Below, piece by piece: positions 9,106 to 18,964 of a stretch of DNA of 58,408 bases. Within the stretch, counting starts at the first letter, position 1, and every line of letters starts with the position of its first letter. The DNA is from Treponema sp. Its GTDB lineage: Bacteria > Spirochaetota > Spirochaetia > Treponematales > Breznakiellaceae. The translations under genes were made by a program, and so were the position numbers. The notes under the pieces were generated by a model. It saw only the letters and a program-made list of their open reading frames with translations. It did not search any database and had not been told where the DNA came from. Location: NCBI GenBank assembly GCA_031276815.1, contig JAISMJ010000093.1, positions 1 through 58,408 of the forward strand, written 5' to 3'.

Positions 9106-11421
9106 TCAAAAAACGCCGCTGTTGGACCGGTGAGTTATTGTAAGCCGGGAATTGATATCACTGATTTTGAGGATATCCTCATTCGCCCATTCATGGTGGG
9201 AATAAAGAACATGAATCGCGTAGCAAATATATTGATCCGCCAGATCAATATCGCCGAATCCTTCGATGTTCCAGCTTAAGCGCCGGCTGACATGCGAATT
9301 TTCCCAAAACCCGCTTTCGTCGTGTGTTACGGGATCATAATCGTTTCCGTTTATGGATATAGTCAAGTCAATGCCGCCGGCTAGATAATCCATGAGAACC
9401 GAATATACCGTATCATCAGGATATTCAAATTCGCCATTGTCCGGATTTTTCACACGGATCTCTGGCTCAAGGATTATTTCCACACCATACTTATCCCGGA
9501 AAGCCTCTTTATCCGGTTCATTTTCGTACAGTATATCAATGACAGATTTTGCCTTTGCAAAACCCGCTTCCCATGCGGCAAGAAATTTGTCGCTTACCTG
9601 TACAATCCGGCTGATGTTTTCCCGGGTCCACTCGAATTTGCGGTTTAAAAGGCGACTTCGCTTCAAAAGTATATTCTTGACAATTTCTTTCTCGGTTACC
9701 CCGGCGCTGTAATAATGCGGAGCGTGGCGGAGCAGATTCTCAAGCGCCTTCAGAGAGCATCGCTCAAGGATTTTCCAGCGATAACGCCAGCTCATACGCA
9801 TGAGATCATCAAAATCAACAACGGAGGCTCCGGTCTTTTTTGCCTGTGAAGGGTTTTCTATGTTCTGTCCTCTGCCGCCGATAATAATAGACCTTTCTTT
9901 GACATAGGAAAGCTCTCGAAAGGAGCCGGGCGCTTTCAGGACATGCTGGGCGTCCAGACGAAGGGATTTCAGGTTTCTTAGTGTTCCCATGCTTTCGGGA
10001 AACGCGGTAAGGGCTCCGGAAAAAATATCCAGATTTTTTAACGCCGCAAGATCGCCAAAATCAGCGGGCAGGCTTTTCAGGTTAAAGGTATCGGCCCAAA
10101 ATGTTTCCAGATTTGCCAGCTTTACGAATGACGGGGGCAGTTCAGAAATAGCGTCGCTGTTCAGGGTGAAGCTTTTTAAGGCGCCGCATTTGCCAATGGA
10201 TTGCGGCAGGGCTTTCATGTGTTCAGCGTCAATATAGAGTTCCTCCAACGCGGAAAGCCCGCCGAAACTTTCGGGCAAGCGGAGTTCCCCGCCGGTCATT
10301 ATGGTGAGGTTTTTAAGGGACGACAGGTTTCCTGCCGATTCGGGGAGTTCCTCCAGACTGCCGCCCCGGAAGGTGAATTCTTCAAGCGCGGACAGGTTGC
10401 CGAAAGACCGGGGCAGCCGCCGCAACTCATAGGCGCTGAGGTCAAGTTCTTTCAGACCGGTGAGCTTTCCGAAATTTTCCGGCAGCTTTCTGAGATTCCC
10501 CGAAAGGCTAAGATATGTCAGCGGACATTCGCACAGCGACTCCGGCAGCTTTTCTATGCGGGTAGATTCCAGATCAAGTACCTGTAATTTTTTTAGATTT
10601 CCGATGTTTTCGGGAATTTTGGTTAATGTGGTAACGGGTCCCTGAAAGGTATCGTACATATACAGTCTCAACCCCTCAAGTTCCGTCCAGCCGCAGATAA
10701 AATCGGGGATGGCGGAGAAATTGCAGTCCCTTATGAAAAGGATGGTCATTTTTTTCAGATTGGAGAAAGATTCCGGCAGCGCCGCAAGCCGCGGACATTT
10801 TAAATCAAGGACCGAAAGGGGAAGCAGTCCGATTTCATCCGGTAGGGCGGATATGTTTTCGCCGTAGATACGCAATTTACGCAAATTTTTAAGCCGGCCA
10901 ATTCCTGTGGGCGCGGCGGTAATCCAGTCGCTGCGTATCGACAGGGCCCGTAAATTATGCATATCCCACAGCCATTCGGGGAGCGCGGAAAAGCCATAGC
11001 CTAGGGATATATTTTGCAAATTGGTCAGATGAGCCAATGACTCGGGCAGAACGATTCCCCGGTTTTCGTCATCAATGTCCGGGGAATTGCCGGAAGCCGG
11101 AGGAAGCGGAGGACTGATGTTTATGAAGCTTCTTTCTTTCTGCGGTAAATCTGACTCGTGGAAACCCAGAGAAAGCCGCCGTAATGAGCGGAGATTTCCG
11201 ATGCTGTCGGGGATTTCTTTAAGCGCACTGCCCGTAATATCCAGCTCTGTCAGTGATTTCAGTCCGGCGATCTCCTGGGGAATAACTTTTAAGGAAAGAT
11301 CGGAAAGGTCGAGTTTCCTCTTGCCTTTGTCCGCGCACTCCTTAATCCGCCTCAACGCTTCAGCGTATATGGCGTCATCGTCAAACAAAAACATACTCTT
11401 TAATTGCCTATTCAGTTTCAT
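9106..11421 (-). CDS. Leucine-rich-repeat protein with an unassigned ~250-aa C-terminal domain
   Basis: 771 aa. About 18 consecutive 23-aa LRRs (L..L..L.L....L..LP.S.G.L) across residues ~35-520, then a non-repeat C-terminal region. AAGGAG SD. Confidence 0.85.
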   Translation of the reverse strand: MKLNRQLKSMFLFDDDAIYAEALRRIKECADKGKRKLDLSDLSLKVIPQEIAGLKSLTELDITGSALKEIPDSIGNLRSLRRLSLGFHESDLPQKERSFINISPPLPPASGNSPDIDDENRGIVLPESLAHLTNLQNISLGYGFSALPEWLWDMHNLRALSIRSDWITAAPTGIGRLKNLRKLRIYGENISALPDEIGLLPLSVLDLKCPRLAALPESFSNLKKMTILFIRDCNFSAIPDFICGWTELEGLRLYMYDTFQGPVTTLTKIPENIGNLKKLQVLDLESTRIEKLPESLCECPLTYLSLSGNLRKLPENFGKLTGLKELDLSAYELRRLPRSFGNLSALEEFTFRGGSLEELPESAGNLSSLKNLTIMTGGELRLPESFGGLSALEELYIDAEHMKALPQSIGKCGALKSFTLNSDAISELPPSFVKLANLETFWADTFNLKSLPADFGDLAALKNLDIFSGALTAFPESMGTLRNLKSLRLDAQHVLKAPGSFRELSYVKERSIIIGGRGQNIENPSQAKKTGASVVDFDDLMRMSWRYRWKILERCSLKALENLLRHAPHYYSAGVTEKEIVKNILLKRSRLLNRKFEWTRENISRIVQVSDKFLAAWEAGFAKAKSVIDILYENEPDKEAFRDKYGVEIILEPEIRVKNPDNGEFEYPDDTVYSVLMDYLAGGIDLTISINGNDYDPVTHDESGFWENSHVSRRLSWNIEGFGDIDLADQYICYAIHVLYSHHEWANEDILKISDINSRLTITHRSNSGVF

Positions 11422-11499
11422 TTTGTGTTTCTCCTTATAAAATTACTTACGGAAAACCTGATGTTTCGGGTCAAGCGTATAAAAACCCAAATAACCGAA

Positions 11500-11742
11500 T
11501 CAACATACGGACAGGACATAATTCAAGGTTTCCAGCCTGGGGAAAAAGCCGAAATATTCCGGCGCTTCAGGCAGTTCGCCGCTCCCGTGATAGTGGAACT
11601 CATCTTCGTCCCTTTCGGCGTCAAAGTTACTTTCGGTAAGTTGGGTTAATCTGACCGTTTCCGGCGGAATGCGGTTAAGCGCAGGGGGCGCAAAGTCGAT
11701 TCTCATGGCGTCTGTTTCGCGGCATTTCCTAACCCCGCACAT
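11500..11742 (-). CDS. Possible small ORF upstream of the LRR gene (weak)
   Basis: 80-aa ORF between a candidate promoter (11807-11834) and the LRR gene. No convincing SD and no recognisable motif. Confidence 0.2.
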   Translation of the reverse strand: MCGVRKCRETDAMRIDFAPPALNRIPPETVRLTQLTESNFDAERDEDEFHYHGSGELPEAPEYFGFFPRLETLNYVLSVC

Positions 11743-11806
11743 TCCATTTTTTAAATTCTTTCACTTCTTGATCGATATCCATAACCATTTTTCCTTACAA
11801 TACTAT

Positions 11807-11834
11807 ATAATAGACATTTTAAAAAACATGTCAA
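11807..11834 (-). promoter_or_regulatory. Candidate sigma70-type promoter for the LRR transcription unit
   Basis: Minus strand reads TTGACA (11829-11834), 16 nt, TATTAT. Confidence 0.4.
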
Positions 11835-12055
11835 GTGTTTTTATTTTTCACAAAAATTGCGCCTAACGTTCCGGGTGTTTACGACGGTTTGGCGGCTTGA
11901 ATAAGGACTTGCGTAGCAAAGACCATGGCTGCAAAAATGTGGCGGAGTTTTGGCGTGGGAATGAGCGCAGCGAATGACTTAGGCGAATAGAGGACAAGGA
12001 GCTTTAGCCCGAAGCGTAAACACACCCGTTATGCGCAGTGCGTTACTCTTTTCTA

Positions 12056-12361
12056 TTACAATATTTTTCCTAATATGTTCTTTAATAGTATTACTCCAAT
12101 CAATATCCAAATTACCATTATCGGTATTCCATAATACCATTTTTTAGGCTTTCCATTTTTCCATAAATCTTTTGCTTCTTCTTTACATTCTTCCAATATT
12201 TTCTTTGGTATTAGTTTTATCGCAACATATATTAAAATAGGTAATATTATTAAATCGTCTACATAATGTAAAAGAGATAACAAAGAATAGGATATATATA
12301 CTATTATATTACAAGATATATTGGGGGATGGGGGGTTAATTGGGTTGTTATCATAAATCAC
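12056..12361 (-). CDS. Small membrane protein, DUF1232/YkvA-like
   Basis: 101 aa and very AT-rich. VDDLIILPILIYVAIKLIPKKILEECKEEA resembles the DUF1232 core (G.LDDL.I.P...A.KLIP.EV.EE). There is a C-terminal TM helix. Confidence 0.45.
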   Translation of the reverse strand: MIYDNNPINPPSPNISCNIIVYISYSLLSLLHYVDDLIILPILIYVAIKLIPKKILEECKEEAKDLWKNGKPKKWYYGIPIMVIWILIGVILLKNILGKIL

Positions 12362-12372
12362 GGATAAAGCCG

Positions 12373-13644
12373 TTACCGCGCCTCGTTTATAATGCCGAAC
12401 CGTATTTTTTGAGCCACGATCCGTTCCGCGGCTTCTTCAAACCTGCCCCTGCCTTCGCTTTTGATCGCCGCAAGTACGGCGTTATGGGTGGAAGCGAGGG
12501 TCGATGGCCACGCCATTACCATGTCGATGCCCGCGTTGAGCGCGGCTATGACGGCGGTTTCCGCTTGGATGCCCGACGCGGCGACCGCTCCCATAGAAAA
12601 GTCATCGGCTACGGCTATGCCGGTAAAGCCGAGTTCCCCCCGCAGCCATTCATTGACAATGCGCGGGGAAAGGCTGGCGTTGCGCGTTTCGTCCCGCGCT
12701 TGCGCGACAACATGCGACACCATGATAGCCGCCGGACGCCTCGCGCGGATAAGTCCGGCGAAGGGTTTGACCATGACATCGAGCGCGCGCCGGTCGCCCG
12801 CGATCACCGGCAGCGCCTTATGCGGGTCAGCTTCGGCGTTTCCCGGAAAGTGCTTTACCACGCACGCGACGCCGGCTCGTTCCATGCCCCGGATAAAAGC
12901 GGCGCACGCGGCTTCCACAAACGCCGGATTCGAGCCGTAAGAACGGGTGTCAAGAAACAGCGCGTTTTTACCGGTAAGAATCTCCGCAATGGGCGCAAAA
13001 TTCATGGTAATGCCCATGTCATGTATCTCAGTGCCGGATTGAAAAGCGTGATATTCAAGTTCTTCTAATGTCTGTTCCCAACTCACGGCAAGCGTCCGGT
13101 ACCAATACGATTCGGCGGCTGGCAGCCGCTTGACGCCGGGTCCGAAACGGTGGACGCGCCCGCCTTCGTGATCCACCGCAAGAAACGGCGGGACGCTTTT
13201 TTCGGCGACCGCCGCGGCGCAATCCGCCAAAAAGGAACGCGCCGTATCTTTATCCGCGTTGAGGTTGTAAGAAAACAGCATGAGCGCACCGGGCTGGCTG
13301 TGTTGCAGCAGTGTTTTCATTCCCGCGGCTAACCGCGCGGCGCCGTCAATCCCCGCAATGATAACCTGCCCCGCAAGCGTAGCGTCATCCATAGCGGACA
13401 CAACCGCCTTCGCCCGCTGATGATAGGCGGTCATCTCTACCGCGGCTTCCGGAACGTCTACCGTTGAAACCGGAAGCGGCGCGTCCTCCGGCAATGCGGA
13501 CGCAGCCGGAAGCGCTGACGCCGACGAAGCGACCGCTTCAGGCGCGACTTTCGCTCTCTCACATCCGGCAAGAACCAGCGCGGACACCGCCAGCCACAAT
13601 GGTTTCAATCGCCGCCCCGTAGATTCCTCGCTAGTTCCTTCCAC
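12373..13644 (-). CDS. Glycoside hydrolase family 3 (NagZ-like beta-N-acetylhexosaminidase) lipoprotein
   Basis: VDHEGGRVHRF, GITMNFAPIAEIL and KHFPGNAEADPH are GH3 N-domain motifs. Lipobox LVLAGC. The track start at 13644 is GTG. An in-frame TTG at 13608 overlaps the upstream stop (TTGA) and would give a cleaner signal peptide, MKPLWLAVSALVLAGC. Confidence 0.85.
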   Translation of the reverse strand: MEGTSEESTGRRLKPLWLAVSALVLAGCERAKVAPEAVASSASALPAASALPEDAPLPVSTVDVPEAAVEMTAYHQRAKAVVSAMDDATLAGQVIIAGIDGAARLAAGMKTLLQHSQPGALMLFSYNLNADKDTARSFLADCAAAVAEKSVPPFLAVDHEGGRVHRFGPGVKRLPAAESYWYRTLAVSWEQTLEELEYHAFQSGTEIHDMGITMNFAPIAEILTGKNALFLDTRSYGSNPAFVEAACAAFIRGMERAGVACVVKHFPGNAEADPHKALPVIAGDRRALDVMVKPFAGLIRARRPAAIMVSHVVAQARDETRNASLSPRIVNEWLRGELGFTGIAVADDFSMGAVAASGIQAETAVIAALNAGIDMVMAWPSTLASTHNAVLAAIKSEGRGRFEEAAERIVAQKIRFGIINEAR

Positions 13645-14240
13645 ACCAGCTTATCTTTTTCAGAAAGCAGCGCAAATTCCGCGCCCCTCCCGTACGCGGA
13701 CAATTCAATAAATTGGCTCGTTCTCCGCATAAGCTCTTCAAACTTGGTTTCATGGAATGAAATAAGCCATTTAGGAACGCTTTTTGAGATTTCAAGCAGT
13801 TTCGCGTAATGAGGAGCGCAGAAGCCTTCGGACGCGGTGAAAAACCGCTGTACCGCCGTCCCATGCTCCCCGCCGTCAGCCTGCGCCAGAAACGTTAGGT
13901 ACTCTTTCTCAATACGTTCACGCTCAACGCACACCGGACACATTCCTTTGGGTTTCCATGCCTTTCGCCTGCCCCATGCGGCGATCCGGTCCTCAAGAAT
14001 ATCGCGGCTCAGAATCGCAACCGCAAGCCCGTCGCGGAACGAGTCGAGTTTTTGCGAATGAGCGGAACAAAACCCTCCCGCCTCCCGAAATTCCTTTCTG
14101 AACACCCTGTCGGACACATGCTCAAAGAGCATCCCGTCAATATAGCGTTCCGCCCTTTCGCTCGTTATAGTACAGAGCGGACAGCCCGGCTTCGCGCAGG
14201 CTTTTTCCAATTCAATGAAATTGATATGCTTCTCTACCAT
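13605..14240 (-). CDS. Cys-rich conserved hypothetical protein (DUF6062-like)
   Basis: Paired CPLC ... CSAH and CPVC ... CAPH motifs. I moved the start to the ATG at 14240 (GAGGG upstream), which removes the overlap with the rpiA stop at 14251. Confidence 0.6.
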   Translation of the reverse strand: MVEKHINFIELEKACAKPGCPLCTITSERAERYIDGMLFEHVSDRVFRKEFREAGGFCSAHSQKLDSFRDGLAVAILSRDILEDRIAAWGRRKAWKPKGMCPVCVERERIEKEYLTFLAQADGGEHGTAVQRFFTASEGFCAPHYAKLLEISKSVPKWLISFHETKFEELMRRTSQFIELSAYGRGAEFALLSEKDKLVWKELARNLRGGD

Positions 14241-14250
14241 AAGACGCCCT

Positions 14251-14958
14251 CTAATCCCAAATAGCCACAGACCCATCCGCATGGGCTACAAATACATGCG
14301 GTCCTTTTTTGGTGAAAAAGCCGTTCTCAATGACGCCCGGTATATGGTTGATCTGTTCTTCTAAAAGAGCCGGATACACGATATTACCGCCCTTAAAACT
14401 AATATCCAAAAGAACATTCCCATGATCAGTAACAACGGGTCCTGTTTTCCGAGCCGCCTCGCGCAGGGTACAGTCCGCGCCGAGTTTGGCAAGTTCCCGG
14501 CATACAAATACCCGCGATTCAGGGATAATTTCAACCGCTACCGGAAAGGTTTTGCCCAGCATATCAACCAGCTTTGTCTCGTCAACCACAATGGCATAGA
14601 CTTTCGAGGCGTACGCCGCGAGCTTCTCAAGAAGCAGAGCGCCGCCGCCGCCTTTTACGCAAAAGTGTTTATGATCGATCTGATCCGCCCCGTCAATCGT
14701 GAGATCGAGAGCGCCGTTTATTTCCGGCGCATTGAGCGAATACAGAGGAATATGCCATTTCTCGCACTCAAGCTCCGTCTGGAAACTCGTCGTTACCGCC
14801 TTGATGTTTCTCAAGCCGCCTTGTTGCACTAATCCGCCTATATACCGTACCGCAGTGATGGCAGTGGAACCGGAACCAAGCCCAAGTGTCATGCCGTCCC
14901 GCACAAGCGCATCAACAGCGGCTTTTCCCGCCTGTTCTTTCATGGCGTTTTGATCCAT
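14251..14958 (-). CDS. rpiA: Ribose-5-phosphate isomerase A
   Basis: 235 aa with GLGSGSTA, DGADQID and KGGGGALLLEK. Confidence 0.92.
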   Translation of the reverse strand: MDQNAMKEQAGKAAVDALVRDGMTLGLGSGSTAITAVRYIGGLVQQGGLRNIKAVTTSFQTELECEKWHIPLYSLNAPEINGALDLTIDGADQIDHKHFCVKGGGGALLLEKLAAYASKVYAIVVDETKLVDMLGKTFPVAVEIIPESRVFVCRELAKLGADCTLREAARKTGPVVTDHGNVLLDISFKGGNIVYPALLEEQINHIPGVIENGFFTKKGPHVFVAHADGSVAIWD

Positions 14959-14970
14959 ACTGTGAACCTC

Positions 14971-16476
14971 CTATAATTCAATGGTTATATCCGCGGGGAA
15001 TTTCTTACCCATAAAAAACTCGTATTGAAATTGAGCCTGTCTGATAAACATATCGTAGCCGTTGAGGGTGCGGCAGCCAGAGCGGGACGCCCGCCTGAGC
15101 AGCGCCGTCTCAGCCGGTTTGTAGATCACATCCATAACCGTCTCTTTCCCTGAAAATTTGTAGAGTTCAAGCGGGTCCCCGTTATTATCAGGTTCCATGC
15201 CGACAGAGGTTGTCTGAATGATAATGTCATCGTATTTGTCAATAAGCGCAATGCCCGACGGATCAAGCCCAGCCCACTGAAAGCCGAAGGGTTCGGCTAA
15301 ATCACGCGCCCGTATAGGCGTCCGGTTCAGAATAAGCGCCTTCCCTTTTAAGTAGGAAACCTCCGCCGCAATGGCTCGCGCCACGCCGCCGGCTCCGATA
15401 ATGGTGATCTTTTTGCCGCTTAAGTTCTTTCTTCCGGTAAAATGCAGCAAGGAACCGGAAAAGCCCAGGGCATCGGTATTGAACCCCTTCCAACCGCCGT
15501 CTTCCTGCCGCACGATGGTATTACACGCGCCGGTCAAATCCACTTTCCGCGATTTTTCCGCTAAAAAGGACACCACCGCCTCTTTGTGCGGAATCGTTAC
15601 CGAAGCGCCGGAAAGCCCTATGTCCTGCGCGAGGCTTATAAACGATTTCGCGGAAATCGCGGGAAAGGGCAGATACACCGCGTTAGTTTTTTCAAGGCTG
15701 AATATGGTATTAAAAAAAGCGGGGCTAAACGTCGCTTTGAGCGGGTAGCCTGTTATGCCGAAGATGCGCGTTTGGTCGTTGATGCTTCTGAAACGGTAAA
15801 AGTCCGTTAATTCTATGGGATCGAGCTGCCCGGGCGACGCTTTCGGCGCGTCATATTCGCCTTTTGCGGACGTATACGTGATATACGAGCCGAATGTATC
15901 CGCCAGAATACGGGAACAAAGCCCAAAATCGCCCATGCAGATAAGTATTTTTTCTATATCCGCTGTTTCCTTCGCGGCTCTCATAACGGCGTGCGTCTCT
16001 TCCAATGAATGGGGCGTTACCGCAATTTTGACGATTTCATCCCCAATACGCCGCATACGCCGGATGGCGCCCGCAATATCAACGTCCATACCGTGCATGT
16101 TATGCCGCGAGCGGATGATCCGCGTCCCGAACGTCCGGGCTGCTTCTTCAATCCCCGGTATGTTCAGGTCTTCTTCAAGATCGATATAGGCGAAATTATG
16201 CCTGCGATCCACTTCAGCAAACGCCAATCCCCGCGACAGCAAGCCGATGCGCGACCATTCGCCTTCCGAAAACCGGCCGCCGTCCGTATCGCGGCGGATG
16301 GTTAATATAGACGGCAGTCCCGCCATTTCAGGAAACTTCCTAATAAAGAACCGCTCGTCCGGCGTAAGGTAATCCACCCGCAATTCCACGAGGTCGATAT
16401 ACCGCCGGTATTTTTTCAATAACTGCATATCCCGTTCAAGGGTATTGCCGGTTAAACACAGACAGATTTTCGCCAT
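14971..16476 (-). CDS. aroDE: Bifunctional 3-dehydroquinate dehydratase (type I) / shikimate dehydrogenase
   Basis: 501 aa. N-terminal half is AroD-like (VELRVDYL, IRSRHN). C-terminal half is AroE-like (GITGYPLKATFSP, NTD..GF, IIGAGGVARA). Confidence 0.9.
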   Translation of the reverse strand: MAKICLCLTGNTLERDMQLLKKYRRYIDLVELRVDYLTPDERFFIRKFPEMAGLPSILTIRRDTDGGRFSEGEWSRIGLLSRGLAFAEVDRRHNFAYIDLEEDLNIPGIEEAARTFGTRIIRSRHNMHGMDVDIAGAIRRMRRIGDEIVKIAVTPHSLEETHAVMRAAKETADIEKILICMGDFGLCSRILADTFGSYITYTSAKGEYDAPKASPGQLDPIELTDFYRFRSINDQTRIFGITGYPLKATFSPAFFNTIFSLEKTNAVYLPFPAISAKSFISLAQDIGLSGASVTIPHKEAVVSFLAEKSRKVDLTGACNTIVRQEDGGWKGFNTDALGFSGSLLHFTGRKNLSGKKITIIGAGGVARAIAAEVSYLKGKALILNRTPIRARDLAEPFGFQWAGLDPSGIALIDKYDDIIIQTTSVGMEPDNNGDPLELYKFSGKETVMDVIYKPAETALLRRASRSGCRTLNGYDMFIRQAQFQYEFFMGKKFPADITIEL

Positions 16477-16485
16477 AACGCCTCC

Positions 16486-16956
16486 TTACATATCCGACCG
16501 GTAAATAAAAACAGCCTTCGCTTTTCCGGCTTCGTCAAAGTTCACCCTCATCATCATTTCCCATGACGCTGAAGGCAGTTTGAAAAGCAGGCTGTCAGGG
16601 AACTCATAGACGGTTCCCCCGCGCTCTCCCAGGGTTTCCTGTATACGCGTACGCGTGTCCCCTACGTTGACGCCGTAGGCAGCCGGTACGCTCACCAGCC
16701 ACACATGCTCCTCGAATATATAACAGTCAACGCCTTGATACACAAAGACAACATCATCCTGCCACGGCTCTTGCCCCCGAACCGCGTACACTTTCTGCGG
16801 GACGCCGAATGTGGCGTACAACTCTTCCAGCCTCAGCCCCACCAGACCGGCGGGCGATTCAGCCTCCGCAAGGGGAGGCGCGCCGGTCTCCTGCGCCGCT
16901 ACCGGGGACAGGGCGAGCAAAAAACACCATCCCGCTATCATACCGTGCTTTTTCAT
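16486..16956 (-). CDS. Secreted hypothetical protein
   Basis: 156 aa with signal peptide MKKHGMIAGWCFLLALSPVAAQ. No known motif. Confidence 0.6.
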   Translation of the reverse strand: MKKHGMIAGWCFLLALSPVAAQETGAPPLAEAESPAGLVGLRLEELYATFGVPQKVYAVRGQEPWQDDVVFVYQGVDCYIFEEHVWLVSVPAAYGVNVGDTRTRIQETLGERGGTVYEFPDSLLFKLPSASWEMMMRVNFDEAGKAKAVFIYRSDM

Positions 16957-17080
16957 GCGGATATACTATGCTAATGACCGGTTTATATCAAGTAGGAGCG
17001 CCGGAACCCGCTTGTTTTTAGGCGCTTATCAGGGATCGCGTATCTTGCGGCTTCCCGTGATTTATGCTACCGTAGCCGCT

Positions 17081-17476
17081 ATGATATGCGAATGTACTTT
17101 ACGGGTACGCACGTACGAGTGCGACAGTTACGGACACGTTAATAACGCGAATTATCTCAACTATCTTGAATACGCGCGGTACGAATTCCTCAAAAGCATC
17201 GGCTTTGATTACCCCGCCGTCATAGCGGCGGGCTACGGGGTGTATGTCGCCCGCATCGAAATCGACTACAAGCTCCCCGCGACAGTGGACGAAGACCTGA
17301 TCATCCGTTCCAATCCGGTCAAGAAAGGCGCGGTGAGCGGGATCATAGCCCAGACGATCCTGCGGGGCGATGACGAAATCGCCAGCGCCGAAGTTACGTG
17401 GGCGTTTGTCGATTCACGGGGGCGTCCTACAAAAATCCCCCCGCAATGGGACGTTTCCGGCTTGTATCCCTCCTGA
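17081..17476 (+). CDS. Hotdog-fold acyl-CoA thioesterase (4HBT/YbgC-like)
   Basis: RVRTYECDSYGHVNNANYLNYLEYAR is the YbgC-type catalytic-Asp motif. Start moved to the ATG at 17081, because the track N-terminal extension overlaps the divergent gene. Confidence 0.8.
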   Translation: MICECTLRVRTYECDSYGHVNNANYLNYLEYARYEFLKSIGFDYPAVIAAGYGVYVARIEIDYKLPATVDEDLIIRSNPVKKGAVSGIIAQTILRGDDEIASAEVTWAFVDSRGRPTKIPPQWDVSGLYPS

Positions 17477-17550
17477 CCGCCGGTTCTAACCGCTCCGGCG
17501 CGCGCCGCGTTCTCTTGAAAAACTTCTCTTTTAGAAGTACGCTACCGTTC

Positions 17551-18882
17551 ATGGATACTATACAATTGACGCAGGTAGACCTCATACGTGAAGCGTTTCA
17601 CTATCAGAGCCGCTTTGAAGGCTCCACAATGGTATTTAAGATCGACTGCCCCATCACAGACGATCCTCATTTTTCATCGCTGATGAAAGACATGGCGCTG
17701 CTTGCAAAAACCGGTTTCCGCGTGGTGATCGTGCCGAGCGCCAAAGAGCGGATCGATTCGGTGCTCAGGAAATACGGCATCGTTTCAGATTATTATGAAG
17801 ACATGCGGATCACCACGCCCGAAGCGATTTCCTTTGTGGAAATGGCAGCCTTTCATGTGGCAACGCGCTTTATGACGCTCTCCGCAAGCCGGGTTGACGC
17901 GATTATCGGTAATTTCATCCGCGCCCGCGGTCTGGGCGTGATCAACGGCGTTGACATGCAGCACACCGGCGCGGTTGACAAAGTATTGCTTGATTCGCTT
18001 GAGCGGGCGTTGAAACAAGGCATGGTCCCCATTCTTCCCTGTATCGGCTGGAGTCCGGTCGGAAAACCGTACAATATCGCAAGCGATGAGATTGCCCTAT
18101 CAATAGCGTCCGCCCTTGGCGCGATAAAGCTGTTTATCGTGTCCATTGACGGCTGTCTTAAAGCGGGCATGTATGATATGCCGGAGTCCGTTGATAGCGA
18201 TGAGAACGGGCGCGTTATCAAACTCAGCCCGCACGAAGCGGAGCGCATACTTGCCGCGAATACAGACAGAGCGCGGGACACGCGGCTAAAATCGCTCAAA
18301 GTGGGGCTGATGGCTACGAAAGCGGGCGTTGAACGGGCGCATATTGTTGACGGCAGGGAAGAAGGCGCCATATTAAAGGAGCTTTTCTCCAATATGGGCG
18401 CGGGTACCATGCTGTATGCGGATGAATATGAGGCGATACGCGCGCTCCACAATGCGGATATACCTGATGTGCTGCGGCTCATGGAGCCGTTCATGCAAAA
18501 CGGCGCCCTGCTCAGGCGCGCGCCCGAAGCGATACAGGAAAAGAAAGACGATTACGTTGTTGCGGACATTGACGGTTCTATCCGCGCCTGCGCCGCGCTC
18601 CACGATTGGGGCGAGCGACAAGCCGAAATCGCCGCGGTCGCGACAGACCCGTCCTTTACCGCGATGGGGCTGGGTCGCCGTATCGTGAATTACCTCATCA
18701 AGAAAGCCGCAAAAAAAGGGTTTGAGCGCGTTTTTGTCCTTACGACAACCACGCAAGACTGGTTTGAAGCCCTTGGTTTCAAAGAGGCGTCTGTGGAGAC
18801 CCTCCCCGCCCGCAAGAGACAGAGTTACAATAGGCAGCGAAATAGCAACGTGTTTGCGTTGAACATACCGTATAGCCCCTGA
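17551..18882 (+). CDS. argA: Amino-acid N-acetyltransferase (N-acetylglutamate synthase; AAK domain plus GNAT domain)
   Basis: N-terminal amino-acid-kinase fold (FHYQSRFEGSTMVFKID, VVIVPS) and C-terminal GNAT (IAAVATDP.....GLGRRIVNYLIKKA). Start set at MDTIQ (17551). Confidence 0.85.
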   Translation: MDTIQLTQVDLIREAFHYQSRFEGSTMVFKIDCPITDDPHFSSLMKDMALLAKTGFRVVIVPSAKERIDSVLRKYGIVSDYYEDMRITTPEAISFVEMAAFHVATRFMTLSASRVDAIIGNFIRARGLGVINGVDMQHTGAVDKVLLDSLERALKQGMVPILPCIGWSPVGKPYNIASDEIALSIASALGAIKLFIVSIDGCLKAGMYDMPESVDSDENGRVIKLSPHEAERILAANTDRARDTRLKSLKVGLMATKAGVERAHIVDGREEGAILKELFSNMGAGTMLYADEYEAIRALHNADIPDVLRLMEPFMQNGALLRRAPEAIQEKKDDYVVADIDGSIRACAALHDWGERQAEIAAVATDPSFTAMGLGRRIVNYLIKKAAKKGFERVFVLTTTTQDWFEALGFKEASVETLPARKRQSYNRQRNSNVFALNIPYSP

Positions 18883-18910
18883 CCGTGTTTTTGTATAAAC
18901 CGTCTCAGAA

Positions 18911-18944
18911 GGGGCGCAAGAAAGACCCGTCTTGCTTGCGCCCC
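18911..18944. terminator. Hairpin between convergent argA and the FGE-domain gene
   Basis: GGGGCGCAAG-(14 nt)-CTTGCGCCCC, a perfect 10-bp GC-rich stem. Confidence 0.45.
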
Positions 18945-18964
18945 ATTCAAGCGCGGTTGCGCAT

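Noticed and set aside
8685-9279. Three overlapping ORFs (93, 124 and 153 aa) over tandem array 1.
   Set aside because: They exist only because the 21-bp unit lacks stops in several frames. The translations are pure 7/14-aa reiterations, none has an SD, and sister array 2 (period 22/23) cannot be coding.
11871-12028. Imperfect inverted repeat (CCGGGTGTTTACG ... CGTAAACACACCCG) bracketing ~130 bp, possibly a MITE or a structured RNA.
   Set aside because: The arms are short (11 nt with a 2-nt indel). No target-site duplication is seen, and there is no second copy in the window. The evidence is insufficient.
16811-17080. N-terminal extensions of the thioesterase ORF (16811) and of the argA ORF (17398-17550).
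   Set aside because: The extensions overlap the divergent or preceding genes and translate to low-complexity Arg/Ser/Ala sequence. Family-typical N-termini begin at the internal ATGs at 17081 and 17551.
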